DNA of 64,000 nt from positions 6,689,279-6,753,278 of the forward strand of contig CM119270.1 of assembly GCA_051294375.1 (NCBI GenBank), read 5' to 3'. The DNA is from Paraspadella gotoi (Eukaryota > Animalia > Chaetognatha). The position numbers and the translations under genes were made by a program. Position 1 is the stretch's first letter, and the number at the start of each line of letters is the position of its first letter. Under the pieces are notes generated by a model. It was not told where the DNA came from. It searched no databases and was given only the letters and a program-made list of their open reading frames with translations. This document shows, piece after piece, positions 12,645 to 24,994 of the stretch.

Positions 12645-15600
12645 TAGAGTTACCCAAAATTTTTAAATTACACCAGATGAAGGGTCACGACTCATTTTAT
12701 TAGTTCTTTTGTCTGTAGAAGACATTGGGACGATAAACCTGAAAAAACTTGACCGGAAAGAACTCTCCAGAGTTTCAAAGTGATCGAGTACTTTTGCGGT
12801 TTTTCTTGATCGTAATCTTATAAGTGAAATTAATTAAAGGATTTTTTTAATAAAATAATGATTAAATCATACTTGATTTGATTTTGAAATATATTTTTGA
12901 TGTAGGACCTTATATTTTTTATTAAACCTTTTATTTTTAATAAAATTTATTAATAATATAATATTATATAATATAAAAATAAAGATGACATTAGTTATTT
13001 GATAAATTACTGTACTAAAAGTTACTTCCTAAATTTTTAAAAGAATAAATATTAAAAAAAAAATTTAGCGAGTACTTACTAAAATAAAATCAAATACACC
13101 ATATTAACTTTAAAAACTAAAAAAAAAAAATGGTTAAAATTTATAATTATATTCTCCATAACTTTTTAAAATTTTGAGCTCTTTATGGCTTAAATTGCGC
13201 CTTTATTACAAGAGAACTGTCAAATTTAGATAAAAATTATCAATATTTTCAGAATCTGCTGAGTCTTTGCTTTAGTAAATATCAAAAAGTGTTTGGAAAA
13301 TGGCCCAATTACTATTTTTGTGCCATGATAAATTGTTTCTCAAGAAATTGTAAACTTTTATTGTTTTTAAAACAGATTCAATTTAAAACAGTATTACATA
13401 AAAAATTAAAGTAAAAATTTTGCCTTTATAGATTAGCTAGATTGCATATATTATTGATCAAGTAATGTTTTGTGAATATGTATCAAACATAATAAACTAA
13501 GGGGAAAATATTATATTTAATTAGTATGGCATAGTATAGATTTATAAATGGCCAAGATAAATAAGAAGTATATGTAAAAATTATCCTGGAAATAGTTAGG
13601 TAACAAATACTTTTCTTCCTTCTGTTTAGTATTTTGACTCTTTGTGGAGAATTTGTGATGCCCCCGAATGAGAGTGGGTGTTGTTTGTTAAGAAAGTAAT
13701 TAGGATATGGTAAAAGGCTTGCTGCATGGTCTAGCTGATGCGTCATTTTTATTTTATTGCAAATGTCTAACTAGTGTTAAACTTCTAAATAAACTTATTA
13801 ATACAGTTCAAGTTATTATGCTATAGTTTAAACAGAATGATGATAGTTCAGAACAAATCAATCAAAACCTTCTTCTTTAAGTCAAACAAAAAAAGTGGAA
13901 AAATTGAGGAAAAAAACTGTATGAACCTAGTTTGATTGATCTTAATATAAAAAAAAGTAATAATTATGAGTAAATGAAAAAAAACTGGCAGGTTAGTCTT
14001 ATGTCGTATTTTTATGGAAGAATTTCCAAGTACAATAGAAACATATGAAGACAAATTATGTCAATTAGCATTTAATTTGTGGTTCACTTATTTATAAGGT
14101 TGATATAAAAGAAAACAAGTTTATTCAGCATTAACAATGATTTTATTAATAATAAAGGTTTGACTCTAGCTTTTATGAGTCTTCTCAACGGTTTGAACTC
14201 AACAGATTTCGGTTTCACAAAGATTCCCTTCCACAAAGAATTGAAGAAAAGATAGTAGTCAGAAATGAGGATAGGTTGAGGTGAGAATATGGAAGGAGAG
14301 AGAGTGAATAAATCTAAAACTAGTAAAAGAGATAGGATAGAGAGAAAGTAAGAGGGAAATCATATATAAGCAATATACAACAAAGATAGATTTAAATTAA
14401 GCAAACTTAATTTTAACTAAAGAAATAAAAATAATAAAGTAAATAAGTTAGATAATGAGATGTAAGTAAAAATGAAATAGAAAAATAAGTGGTTAGGGAT
14501 GGATAAGATAAGAGTAAGGAAAATAAGTAAAGAAAGAGCTCAAAAAATTGCCAAATGTAGTGATTTTCCCTCTCTCTCTTACCAGTTTCAAATTTATTCA
14601 CTCTCTCTCCTTCTATCCTCACCTTTCTCTTGTCCTCCCATCTATCCTTTTCTTAATTCTTTGTTGAAACTTCTTTCTCTCTCTCTCTCTCTCACCAACT
14701 CAATGTTGTGAAACCAAAATCTGTTGAGTCAAACCGCTGATGAAGACTAGAAAAAGCAAGATCAAATATATCCAACCTTTATTGTGATAAAATTGTTGTT
14801 ATGCTAAAAATATAATGAAAAAAACTCAAAGTTTTGACTATATAACCTTGTATGCATTTAATAGTACCTCACCATTTTTCAAAATTGACTATTTCATATT
14901 TTATAGTTAAAAGTAGTCATATGATTGAATTTTATATAATCACCTGCCAGCACACCTATAACATTTTCATAATACATATTATCCACATTCCTACCAATAT
15001 TATTTAAAATTATGTAGCATAAACGAGTTATGAACATTTAAAATTTAGTCAGATAGACTGACAGAACGACAACCTACCACCAACTTAGAGAATAATGAGT
15101 TTGAAATTGTTCCCAAGCACTCGAACCCAGCTAAAAAGTTACTGATAACTTTATCTAATTCTAACATTTAATAACTTTAAAAAAATATTTTAAATTCCAT
15201 TTCTCAAGCTTCAATTTTTGGCAAAAATAAGGATTGACTATTACTGGAAGCTTTGGAGTTCCTACCGATCCAAGTTTTTAGGGTTAGACAGTTTAATGTC
15301 TTTTAAAGACCAAAAAGAACTATTAAAAATTGAGTCATGAAATTTTATATTTAAGCCATAAAGAGCTCAAAAATTCTAAAAAGTTATGAGGAATATAATA
15401 TAAATTTAATCATTTTTATTTTTTTTTAGTTTTTAAAGTTTAATATTGTGTATTATGATTTTATTTTCAGTAAAGTACTGCTAAATATTATTTTTTTATA
15501 TTTATTCTTTTACAAAATTTAGGAATAACTTTTAGTAAGTATTTTATCAAAAACTAATGATCATTTTTTATTTTTATATTATAATAAATATATTATATTA

Positions 15601-15912
15601 TTAATAAAATTTATTAAAAATAAAAGGTTTAATAAAAAATATAAAGTCTACATCAAAAATATATTTCAAAATCAAATCAAGTATTGATTTAATCATTATT
15701 TTATTAAAAAATCCTTTAATTAATATTCACATATAAGATTACGATCAAAGAAAAACCGCAAAAGTACTCGATCACTTGAAACTCTGGAGAGTTCCTTTCC
15801 GGTCAAGTTTTTTCAGGTTTATCAGTCCAATGTTCTTACAGACAAAAGGAACCTAATAAAATGAGTCGTGACCCTTCCATCTGGTGTAAATTGAAAATTT
15901 TGGGTAACTCTA
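12645..15912. mobile_element. Non-autonomous DNA transposon with ~550-bp TIRs (hAT-like ends)
   Basis: 12645-13195 is the reverse complement of ~15349-15912 (TAGAGTTACCCAAAA...TTTTGGGTAACTCTA). Flanks ATGTTAT (12638-12644) and ATGTATAT (15913-15920) resemble an 8-bp TSD with a 1-nt deletion. No transposase ORF. Confidence 0.85.
14125..14808. mobile_element. Nested older foldback/MITE-like element
   Basis: Imperfect inverted arms of about 240 bp: CTCAACAGATTTCGGTTTCACAA vs TTGTGAAACCAAAATCTGTTGAG, and GAAGGAGAGAGAGTGAATAAAT vs ATTTATTCACTCTCTCTCCTTC. Confidence 0.75.
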
Positions 15913-16312
15913 ATGTATATTAAATTAGAAAGAGGACCTAATTTATGAATAAAACTGGTGAAAATTTTGATAGTACCCTAAACCAAGACGATATAGTACG
16001 AATGTATTGGCACTACCTGGTGCAGCAGCTTGTGATGCTGTGTGGTGTCCGCTAAAGTATGCGACCTAAATTTTAATAGAACAACTTAATGCAACTTCTT
16101 TAACTAATAAATTATGTTGGACGATCAAATCTCTCATACTTTGACACAGTGAGGGATGATGTGAAAGGTGTGCCAAAAATCCTCAGGAGAGGTACTGCTA
16201 AAGCGTTGGACCATTTGAATGGCGATTGTGCAAAACTATTTTTTTAGGCCATTGCCCCGTCGTGTTAAAATGTGCGTGAAATACAAAAACTTTTGAATAT
16301 GACACACCCTAG

Positions 16313-16321
16313 GGGGCGGGG
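16313..16321 (+). promoter_or_regulatory. GC box (GGGGCGGGG) at the edge of the CCGA tract
   Basis: Exact Sp/KLF-type motif at the transition from CpG-poor to CpG-dense DNA; function is inferred only. Confidence 0.25.
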
Positions 16322-16341
16322 AGCGGGAGGTTTTTTAACAT

Positions 16342-16915
16342 AAGCCGACCGAAGACCGACCGAAGGACCGGACGACCGCCCGACCGCCGACGCCGACCGA
16401 CCGCCCGACCGACCGCCCGACCGACCGACGCCCGACCGCCCGACCGCCCGAACGCCGACCGACGCCCGACCGACCGAGCGCGCCCCCCGACCGAGCGCCC
16501 GACCCCGGACCGACCCCCCGCCGACGAGCCGACACCCCGGACCGACACCGACCGACCGACCGCGACCGACCCGACCGATCCGACCGACGACGACCGACGA
16601 CCGCAGACTGAGACAGCGACGCGAGACCGATGACGCACACGACCGATACCGACGAGACCGATCCGAGGCGACCGACCGCGAAACCGACCGCGGACGTCGA
16701 CACGACCGTCGACCGCGTCGACGAACCGAACGACCACGAGCCCGACGTCGACCGAACCGACCGGACGCCGACCGACCGACCGATCCGACCGATCGACCTC
16801 GATCACTCGACCGATCGCGACGCACGACGATCGACCCGACCGTGACACGACCGACGCGACCGATCGATCGCGACGACGACGTCGACCGACCGACCGACCG
16901 ACCGACCGCGACCGA
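16342..16915 (+). repeat. Degenerate (CCGA)n/(CGA)n tract
   Basis: Mosaic of CCGA, CCG and CGA units. No T on the + strand from 16342 to 16578. Confidence 0.9.
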
Positions 16916-17360
16916 ATCGGAACATGACGATTACCGGCTTGGCCGGGATCAAATCCGGGTGTCATTCACGGCAATCTCATTCACTCGAATGACGAAAAGC
17001 TTCATATTTGTCTATTTTTACTTAATCTTGGCAGAAAAAACCCAAGGAGGTTTTCTACTTCGTCAAAGCTTCGGCAATGAATGTGAACAAAACAACGTGG
17101 TGAACGAAAACGACAATCGGCAGAAGGTGAAGGGAGAGTCGGAGAAAAGAGGAGTCTTATTTTGCCTTCGCTTATATTTTCTTCTTTACCCAGATCGCCC
17201 CCAGATCCGTCACTGACGGACGTCGTCAAAGTCATCATCGATCCGCGCGCCCAACTTAACACGGCGCCACGCCCAATGGTTCACGTGAAGACCCGGATTT
17301 GATCCCGGCCAAGCAGTATCGTAACGTTCACTACGTGATGGAACCCGTGGAGAAAAAGAA

Positions 17361-17415
<55 letters not shown>

Positions 17416-17691
17416 AGAGAAAGAAGAGAGAGGAGAGAGAAAGAGGTATAAAAATGAAAATTTATTAATTCGTAGTAGGTCAAAAGAGGTAGGAAAATTT
17501 ATATTTAATATCTTCAACTTTGATATTTTAAACCACAATTTTGTCGCTTTTCTTTTCAGCTTCTCGGACTCAAAGATCCGAAGGTAAATTGAGAACTAAT
17601 TTATTGATTGAACAAACGTATATTTACTAGACTTTCTTTTTTACAAAGACTTCTATTTTCGCCTTGTCCTATATGGTCCGCTGAACTACCC

Positions 17692-17771
<80 letters not shown>

Positions 17772-17983
17772 GCCAGCCCCCCTCCCCTTGTTTCTTGCCC
17801 TTTTTTTTTAACTAACTTATACTATACGCAGCACCCAACCCTTCTAGGACGAGGAGGACGTCCACTGGAGTGGCTGGGTCCCTTCATCATCGCCTTCCTT
17901 CTCGGCCTTTGGTGTCTCCTCCCTTCATCATTGGGCGGAAGCCTTACAGATACGGACCCAAGACGCCCAAGCCCAAAGCTCAG
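16915..17983 (+). CDS. Orphan gene A, copy B (exon ending 16958, then 17035-17126, 17194-17361, 17560-17583, 17832-17983)
   Basis: Same junctions as copy A, plus an upstream exon ..ESEHDDYRLGRDQIR|gtgtca that emerges from the CCGA tract. Confidence 0.5.
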
Positions 17984-18789
17984 GTCTGGCATTTGGATGG
18001 GATGGAAAAGGATGGGAGGGAGTGGAAAAGGTGGGAAGAGGAAAGGAGTCGGAAAGCTTGGAAGTGGAAAAAGTGGGAAGTGGAAGGGGGTTTAAATGGT
18101 GGGGAGTGGAACAGGCGGTGAGTGGAAAAGGTTGGAATGGAAGGGAGTCGATAGGGTGGGGGAGTGGAAAAGTAGAAAGGGGAAGGGTTAAGTTTAGAGG
18201 AGGAGCAAAGTATTCTATTGGCTAGTGGTATTCCTTGTCAGAGCAAGTCAATTTAATTACACAAAGCATAAAAAAAAATGTAAAGACAATGACGTGCTAC
18301 GTTTGATATACAACTTTTTTGAATTCGAGCCTCCCAAGTCTTCATAGGATCATTTCGGTGTTCTTCATCTTGTCCAGGTGCCTTGTCCCAGATGCCTTGT
18401 CGGCAGAATCACTCTTGTCCATCTCGTTTGTCTGCGAAATCGATCATTGTCCATTCGAATCTCACTCCGCCCTTTCCTCTCATCCTTTTGTTATCCTTCT
18501 TTTCCTTTTTTTTTTCACTCGACGAATCAAGGGAGAAAATCACCGTCATTTGTAGTCGGAGGCAACAACGATTTTCGGGTCACAAAGTCGAGAGAGTCGT
18601 CGTCGTTGTTGTAGTTGTTGTTGTTGTTTAGAAAGCAAAAAAAATGTCTGTCACAATGTGTTGTTACGTTTTTATATTCATTTTAAATTTAGTCTAATCT
18701 CGCCTAATGTTTTAAAACGAGTAATTTTGTAATTTTTCGTAGCTTAAGTACAGTAACGCTTCGTCACTCAACCATATAACTCGCAACGT

Positions 18790-19469
18790 TTATTTAAAAA
18801 TAAACATTTTCCCGTTGGATTCGATCCTGATAATCTTTGAGTCGAAGACCGCCATCAAGGCGGCAATGGCGGCATCGTCGGGAGCATCGGGTTCGTCGTC
18901 GCGGCGGCGGCGGCGGCGGCGGCTGCGGCTGCGGCTACGGCGGCGGCGGCTGCGGCTACGGCGGCGGCGTCGTCCCAGTCTCGGAGATTCGGAGAAATTG
19001 ACCCCAAGGCCCCATTAGTAAAGTCCGACAACCTTGGAACAGAGAGGGGGAGCGGAGAGTAGAGTAGGGGTGGTCGTCGGGGTCTGTTAATTGTTTGGGG
19101 GGGGCCGGGTGGTGGCTGGAGGGGGAGTAATTCTCTTTCGGCGAATGATGACTTGTTTCCGGTTTTAATGAACCGGTCGAGAAAGAAAGGGAGGAAGGAG
19201 GAAAACGAGGAAAACGAGGAGTAAGGAGGAAAAGGAGAAAAAGGAAAAGGAGGAGGAAACGTAGGAAGAGAAGAAAAGGAGGAGGAAAAGGAGGAGGAAA
19301 AGGAGGAGGAAGGATATTGAGAAAAGATGTGAGGTAGTTAATAAGGAGAGAAGGATGGGGAGAGGCACACGGAAGTCTGTGTATTTGAATAGAATTAGAA
19401 CGATTATGGAAGAAAAGAGGAAAAGAAGAAGATAAAGTGAGAGAGAGAGAGAGAGATAGAGAGTGAGGG

Positions 19470-19540
<71 letters not shown>

Positions 19541-20080
19541 GACTTTTCTCTCTCTCTTTTTTTTTTTTTGTAAATTTATTCCTAGGTACTTTTTCTCTTG
19601 TTTACGATCGGCCTTGCAGTCGCGCGTAATTGACTTTTAAGCGAGAGTGAGATCCGCGACTTGGATTCGAGATTATCAAGCATACCTCTTTTTTTTTTTA
19701 AGTGTGCTGGCATACAGAGTCCTTTTTAGTCTGGCCAATGGCCAATCATGCAATCCGAACGTGAACGATGTCGAGAGTGAGATCGTGAATCGCCCGTTTG
19801 AGAGAGAAAGCTTCGAAAGCCGCGTCGCTTATGGAATTCGTCCGGCGAGGCCCAGTTTCTCCTCGCTTGGCACAGTGTGTTTCCGACACGGAGTCTCTGG
19901 CACAGTGCTCTTATTTTTTTTCTTTCCGTCTCGCGAATTAGAATTCGAGTCGATGAGACTCGAGTTCGTCGAAAACTCGTGGTTTCGCTAATTCGCCTCT
20001 CAGAGTGTTTTTTCTTTTTTTTTTCCTTTTTTTTTTCGTCGCGCGTTTGTTCTTCTTCGCGAATTTGCATATAAATTGAG
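18790..20080 (-). CDS. Orphan gene B, copy B (terminal exon 18790-19376; upstream exon ~19606-20080)
   Basis: Homologous to 1828-3117; includes ORF MQIREEEQTRDEKKK..ASPDEFHKRRGFRSF. Confidence 0.45.
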
Positions 20081-20120
20081 CTGAAAAGAAGTGAATTTTT
20101 GTCTTCTTCATCCGATGTTT

Positions 20121-20189
<69 letters not shown>

Positions 20190-21544
20190 ACACTATTTCA
20201 TTTTAATTTCACGATCCATTTAACGAAGAGGGGGGAGAAATAAGGAATTGAACTAAATAAACTAAAAAAAATAAAAAATAGGAAAACAAAAACAAGGAAT
20301 AAACAAGCGGACGAGAGAAAGGACTAAGAAAAAAAAAACCTAAAAAAAAAGAAAGAAAAGACTGAGATTCTGTTTCCTCGCCTCAGATTTTAAGCCTTGA
20401 ATCCTTGGGAGTCTTTTTTGCTTCATTTAACCTCATCTAATTAAGGGCGGGGAAAAAAACGCTCAAAGGAATTGCTTCTTTATTGCAACTGGCCGTTGCT
20501 TGCTTGGTTCGCTGCAACATTGCTTTTCTTTTCTCTCTTTTGCGTTGCTGCTTGCTTGGGTCGTTGTTTTCCGAGATTTTTATCAGTTTTTGAAATTGTT
20601 ATCTTGAGCTGGAATTCGAAAAGAGATTTGTCAAATTATTCTATTTAAAAAGTTCTTAGGAAAAGAAAATCTAATTAAAATCAAACCGTACGATATTTTT
20701 ATTTAAGATTTCCATTTTTTTATTTTTTTATTTTTTTAAAACTTTTTAGTTTTTTTAAACTTTTTCGATTAAAGAAAAAGAAAAGGTAAAACGTAACATT
20801 CATAGCAAGAGTTGAACCAAAGGCACACCCGAGGATTATAAAACCACTGAAGATAACCTGGAGATATGGACGATAAACGAAATCCTAAAGTCAGTAAATC
20901 TTGAATGAAAAAAATTAATTTATTCTGGCAAACCGATCTAGTTAGACTTTCAGAAGAGAATCAAAATTTAAACATTAGCAAGGGATAACAAGCTTTATTG
21001 CCTTCCGCTTTATTGCCTTCCGTTTTTTTTTTTTTTTGTTTGTTTATTTCGTTTCTTTACAAAATTTTAGGCAGCTTTTTGCCGTCAGATTGACATCCGC
21101 TTCCCGACTTTTAAGTTGGTCATTATTTTCATCGATTCTGTGCTTAAAATATTTTATAGTTGATAGGATGATGAGAAAATTGGGATAAAATTGTTGATTC
21201 ATTGAGTTTTTTGTATTACTCTAACTGTGAAATGAATATTTAACTAGTTTTAAAAGTAAAGAATAACTTTAAATCTAGGAAAAATTAGTAAGGTATTTTT
21301 CTCGTTTATTATCAATCATAGGCTCAGCTCTTTCGATTAAAAACTTTGTCCCACTGATTTTGCCTAAAAATTAATTTACATATTTCCTCTCCCACTACCC
21401 TCCTTCCCATTCCCTCCCGTTCTCCCACTACCCTCCTTCCCATTCCCTCCCGTTCTCCCTCTACCCTCTTTCCCATTCCCTCCCGTTCTCCCACTACCCT
21501 CTTTCCCATTCCCTCCCGCTCTCCCTCTCCCCCTGAATCCCTAG

Positions 21545-21991
21545 TCGGAGGGCCTCACCGGCCGACCCTTCGACACCCCGCTGCCCAAGCGCGCCGACGA
21601 GATCCCGAGGCCCGAAATTCACATGGGCCGACCCCAGAAGGATTACCTCACTTCCTGGTCCGATATAGAGAAGCGCTGGAATCGCCCGCAAGGCACGCAG
21701 CTCAGGAGCACCCTCGGTCCCGCGGCGGCGGCTGCGACCGCCGCCGCCACTCTGCGCGAGAAGGAGAAGGAGGCGGAAAAGAAAGGAAGCAGCAGCGGCG
21801 GCTCGGACAAGAAACAGAAGGATTCCACGGTGCATCTGAGAGGAGAGGCCGGTCACGCCACCGGAAACGCGGGTCTCACTCAGTACGAACCCATGGAGTA
21901 CGGAGCCGAATGGGACGGGAAAGTAAAGATGAGGAGATTGGCGCCGAAGCCGTTGGGGGAGGGGGCGTGCAAGGAGAAGAAGAAGAAGTGA
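21545..21991 (+). CDS. Orphan gene C terminal exon (~148 aa, Ala/Lys/Gly-rich)
   Basis: Pyrimidine tract and ccctag acceptor. Open frame SEGLTGRPFDTPLPKRADEIPRPEIHMGRPQKDYLTSWSDIEKRWNRPQ..GACKEKKKK*, with AATAAA downstream. Small upstream exon candidates near 20806-20889 and 21089-21114. Confidence 0.6.
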   Translation, partial: SEGLTGRPFDTPLPKRADEIPRPEIHMGRPQKDYLTSWSDIEKRWNRPQGTQLRSTLGPAAAAATAAATLREKEKEAEKKGSSSGGSDKKQKDSTVHLRGEAGHATGNAGLTQYEPMEYGAEWDGKVKMRRLAPKPLGEGACKEKKKK

Positions 21992-22420
21992 AGGGAGGAT
22001 AGAGAGGGAGTGAGAGAAGGGGAAGAGATTATCAATAGAGAAGGAAAGACAAATAAAAAATAGAAAATATTAAAAGCAGATGAGAGAAAAGAGGAGAAGA
22101 AATCTCTGAGATACTCGTACAATCAACCAATTTGTAATTTTTTTTTCTCTCTTTTTTGCTAAAATCTTTTGAGTAAAATAGAAAACGCGGTTTTTCGATA
22201 TATCGTTTTCTTTTTTTCTTTTTTCCTGTTTAGTTAGTTTGACTTATGCTTACAAGTACAATAAAAGATAATAAAGCAATCTGGATTTTTTTTCTATTAA
22301 AAAAAAATGACTTTATTTAATTTTTTTTTGCAACATGTAAGAATCATTGATACGTATCGTGTAAAAATATATATATTCTTTGACCCAATGGATCGTCGAC
22401 GTTTCCCCGGCGACGCGCCT

Positions 22421-23102
22421 TCAGTGAAACCGTTCCAAGTAGACGTAAAAACAGGACATGACGAACGCGGCGCAGAGAGTTCCACCTCCTTTGAAGCGAA
22501 ATCCCGGTCCCTTTCTGGGCGGCTCTTCCGGCGGCTCCTCGCGGGGTGGGGGAACCACTTCGGGTGGGGCTTCGAACTGCTCGATCGCTTGAGCGGTTAA
22601 TCTTGAGATGGAAGGAAGAAGGGAGAAAGAAAGAGGGAAAGCGATGAGGAAATAATTGATTCGAGTAATAATGACTGAACATTTTCTATCAAATTGAGCA
22701 AATCTAAATTTGAAAAAAAAATTTAATTTTAAATTTTAAAAATGACGATTGTATAAATTTGTAATTAATTTTTGATTCCCAAGATTTAGAGAAATTAAAA
22801 ATTACAATTATAATTATAACACAACATCTCTTATTTCCATCCACCCCGACCGTCAGCCAAGAACTCACTTCAAAACGTATTCGTCTCTAAGATATTCGGC
22901 CGCTCCCATGGTGCTGTGAATGGCCATTGACGGAGAGGGAAGCGGACGCCGTTGGGGGCGCGCTCGTCGCGGGATCATCAACCAAAAGAGCAACAAGAGT
23001 TTAAAGACCTGATAGATGATCAAATCGTTGATTGATGATTAATTGATCGATTGATTTTTCAATGTTTTTTTCTTTTAATATACTTTTTATTTTCGTTTTT
23101 CG

Positions 23103-23182
<80 letters not shown>

Positions 23183-23853
23183 TTTTTCTGTCCGCCCTTT
23201 CCCCCAGTTTTTTTAATTTTTTTTTCGTCTTCCACCTGACGAAATGGCATCCACCAATAGGTCAGAAAGTCAAAGGGTCCATTCTCGATGCAGAGGAGAT
23301 AAAACGCGATCCAGTATCCGACCCAATGGTCGAACGTCTCCGCCGTCGGCCGACTGGGTAAGGTAAGAGAGTAAGTTATTCAAGGTAAGGTCATTTTACA
23401 AAGGGAAAATGCGAAGACTAAAAAAAATTAGAAAAAAAAACTCATTTGTAATTTTAAATGGCAAAAGGATGCAAAAAAAATGAAAATCGACGATTTTAAA
23501 AATAAAAGAGTGCTAAAATGCCTCCAACATAAAACACAAAGTCGTTCATCCAATACGTCTTTAAACCTTAACTCAGACTTTCTGTGTCGATAATGACTTA
23601 CTCTAACATTTGCACTGTTCCGTAGATTGGGTAGAGAATTCCCAATACTGTTACAACTTCGTCAGCTGATGAACAAAAAAGGGAAATGTAAAAAATTTTA
23701 AAAAATATGGTTAAATACCCGTTTCAACGTTATACCGTTTATACCGCTAAACGTATCTTTCCTCATTTATCGTTTCTTAATGAAAAAAAAACCCAAACTT
23801 TTTTTCTCTTAATTTTCTTTTTTTCGATAGCGATAATCTCTCTCTCTCTCTCT

Positions 23854-23926
<73 letters not shown>

Positions 23927-24151
23927 TTCCCTCCTTATCACCGGGCACGGAGTCTCCCATAATGCCGAGGACAATGACGATAGTAATGATGATCAAACTG
24001 GTCATGGTTTCCCGCGGAACCCTGTAGTTGGCTTCGAGTCGGTCGTAAAAGGGCGACACAACCCCGTGGTAGTGCCACGTCTGTAAGGTCATTAAATATC
24101 AGTCTTACTTTTTTTGAAATTGCAGTCACATGACTTTTTGATCAAAGCCAT
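22421..24151 (-). CDS. REEP: Divergent TB2/DP1/HVA22 family (REEP5/6-Yop1-like) ER membrane-shaping protein; exons 23942-24151, 23602-23665, 23236-23353, 22869-23008, 22421-22601
   Basis: Phase-consistent GT-AG splicing (1,2,0,2) gives ..FYDRLEANYRVPRETMTSLIIITIVIVLGIMGDSVPADEVVTVLGILYPIYGTVQMLDRPTAETFDHWVGYWIAFYLLCIENGPFDFLTYWWMPFRQVFKLLLLFWLMIP..GAAEYL. This matches the family motifs GxxYPxY, WxxYW, WxPF and KxxxxxWxxxP..GA. Exon 1 needs two 1-bp corrections taken from copy A. Confidence 0.8.
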
Positions 24152-24466
24152 GAGTACCAGCGAAACGATAATTATGGCAACAATCTGCATATTTAGTAAT
24201 CAATAAATAATAAAATAGTGAGATCGAGCGACCAGCTTTCCAAATCGTTTCTTAATCTCGCTTTTTCATTGGACGAATATTTTCAAACCTTGAAAAAATC
24301 TGAATCGTATCCGAAATAAGACCACGCTTCGATAGCTGACAAAATGTAATTTTTGTCGAGAAATTTCATTTCGCTGAAGGGGCAAAAGATTTTTGTTATT
24401 TATTTACTTAAATGATAACTTTCTTTCTTTATTCATTTTTCCCCCCTTTCTTCCTTTGTTTCATTC

Positions 24467-24527
<61 letters not shown>

Positions 24528-24559
24528 GTTCTTCTTTTCAAATTTTTTCCGGCTCTGAC

Positions 24560-24909
24560 CTGAAAAACCGGCCCCAATTGTAGGCAAGCGGCGGATAACC
24601 AATGGACGTCCGCCATCTCGGTTCTTCTCCAGGAAGCCATCCGTTTTCTGCAAAATAAAAAATAAAAAAAGATAAAAAAAAAATAAAGTTCCTTGGGATT
24701 ATCCATAATCCTGGAAGGCCTCAGTATGAGAAATTTACCTTCTCTCATAATATTTTAGCAACGAATTCATAAACTTTAGAAAAATGGAGTTTACATTCAT
24801 AAACCCTCTTTTAAGATTTATCATTTTATCCATCTGCGTTCGTTTTAAGTATTAACTATTATGTACTTAGAAAACGTAAAATAAGTTTATTATTGCTTCC
24901 ACAAACGAC

Positions 24910-24994
<85 letters not shown>

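Noticed and set aside
16265-16965. Arg/Ser/Gly/Val-rich minus-strand ORFs of 122-218 aa
   Set aside because: The minus strand almost lacks A, so stop codons cannot form; all frames are open for compositional reasons.
23244-23357. Plus-strand first exon MASTNRSESQ..|GTAAGG
   Set aside because: It overlaps antisense the REEP exon carrying the conserved WxxYW and WxPF motifs, which explains the sequence better.
24081-24108. 28-nt GTAAGA..TTACAG intron in the REEP-like gene
   Set aside because: Too short for typical splicing. Two indel corrections from copy A give a continuous frame instead.
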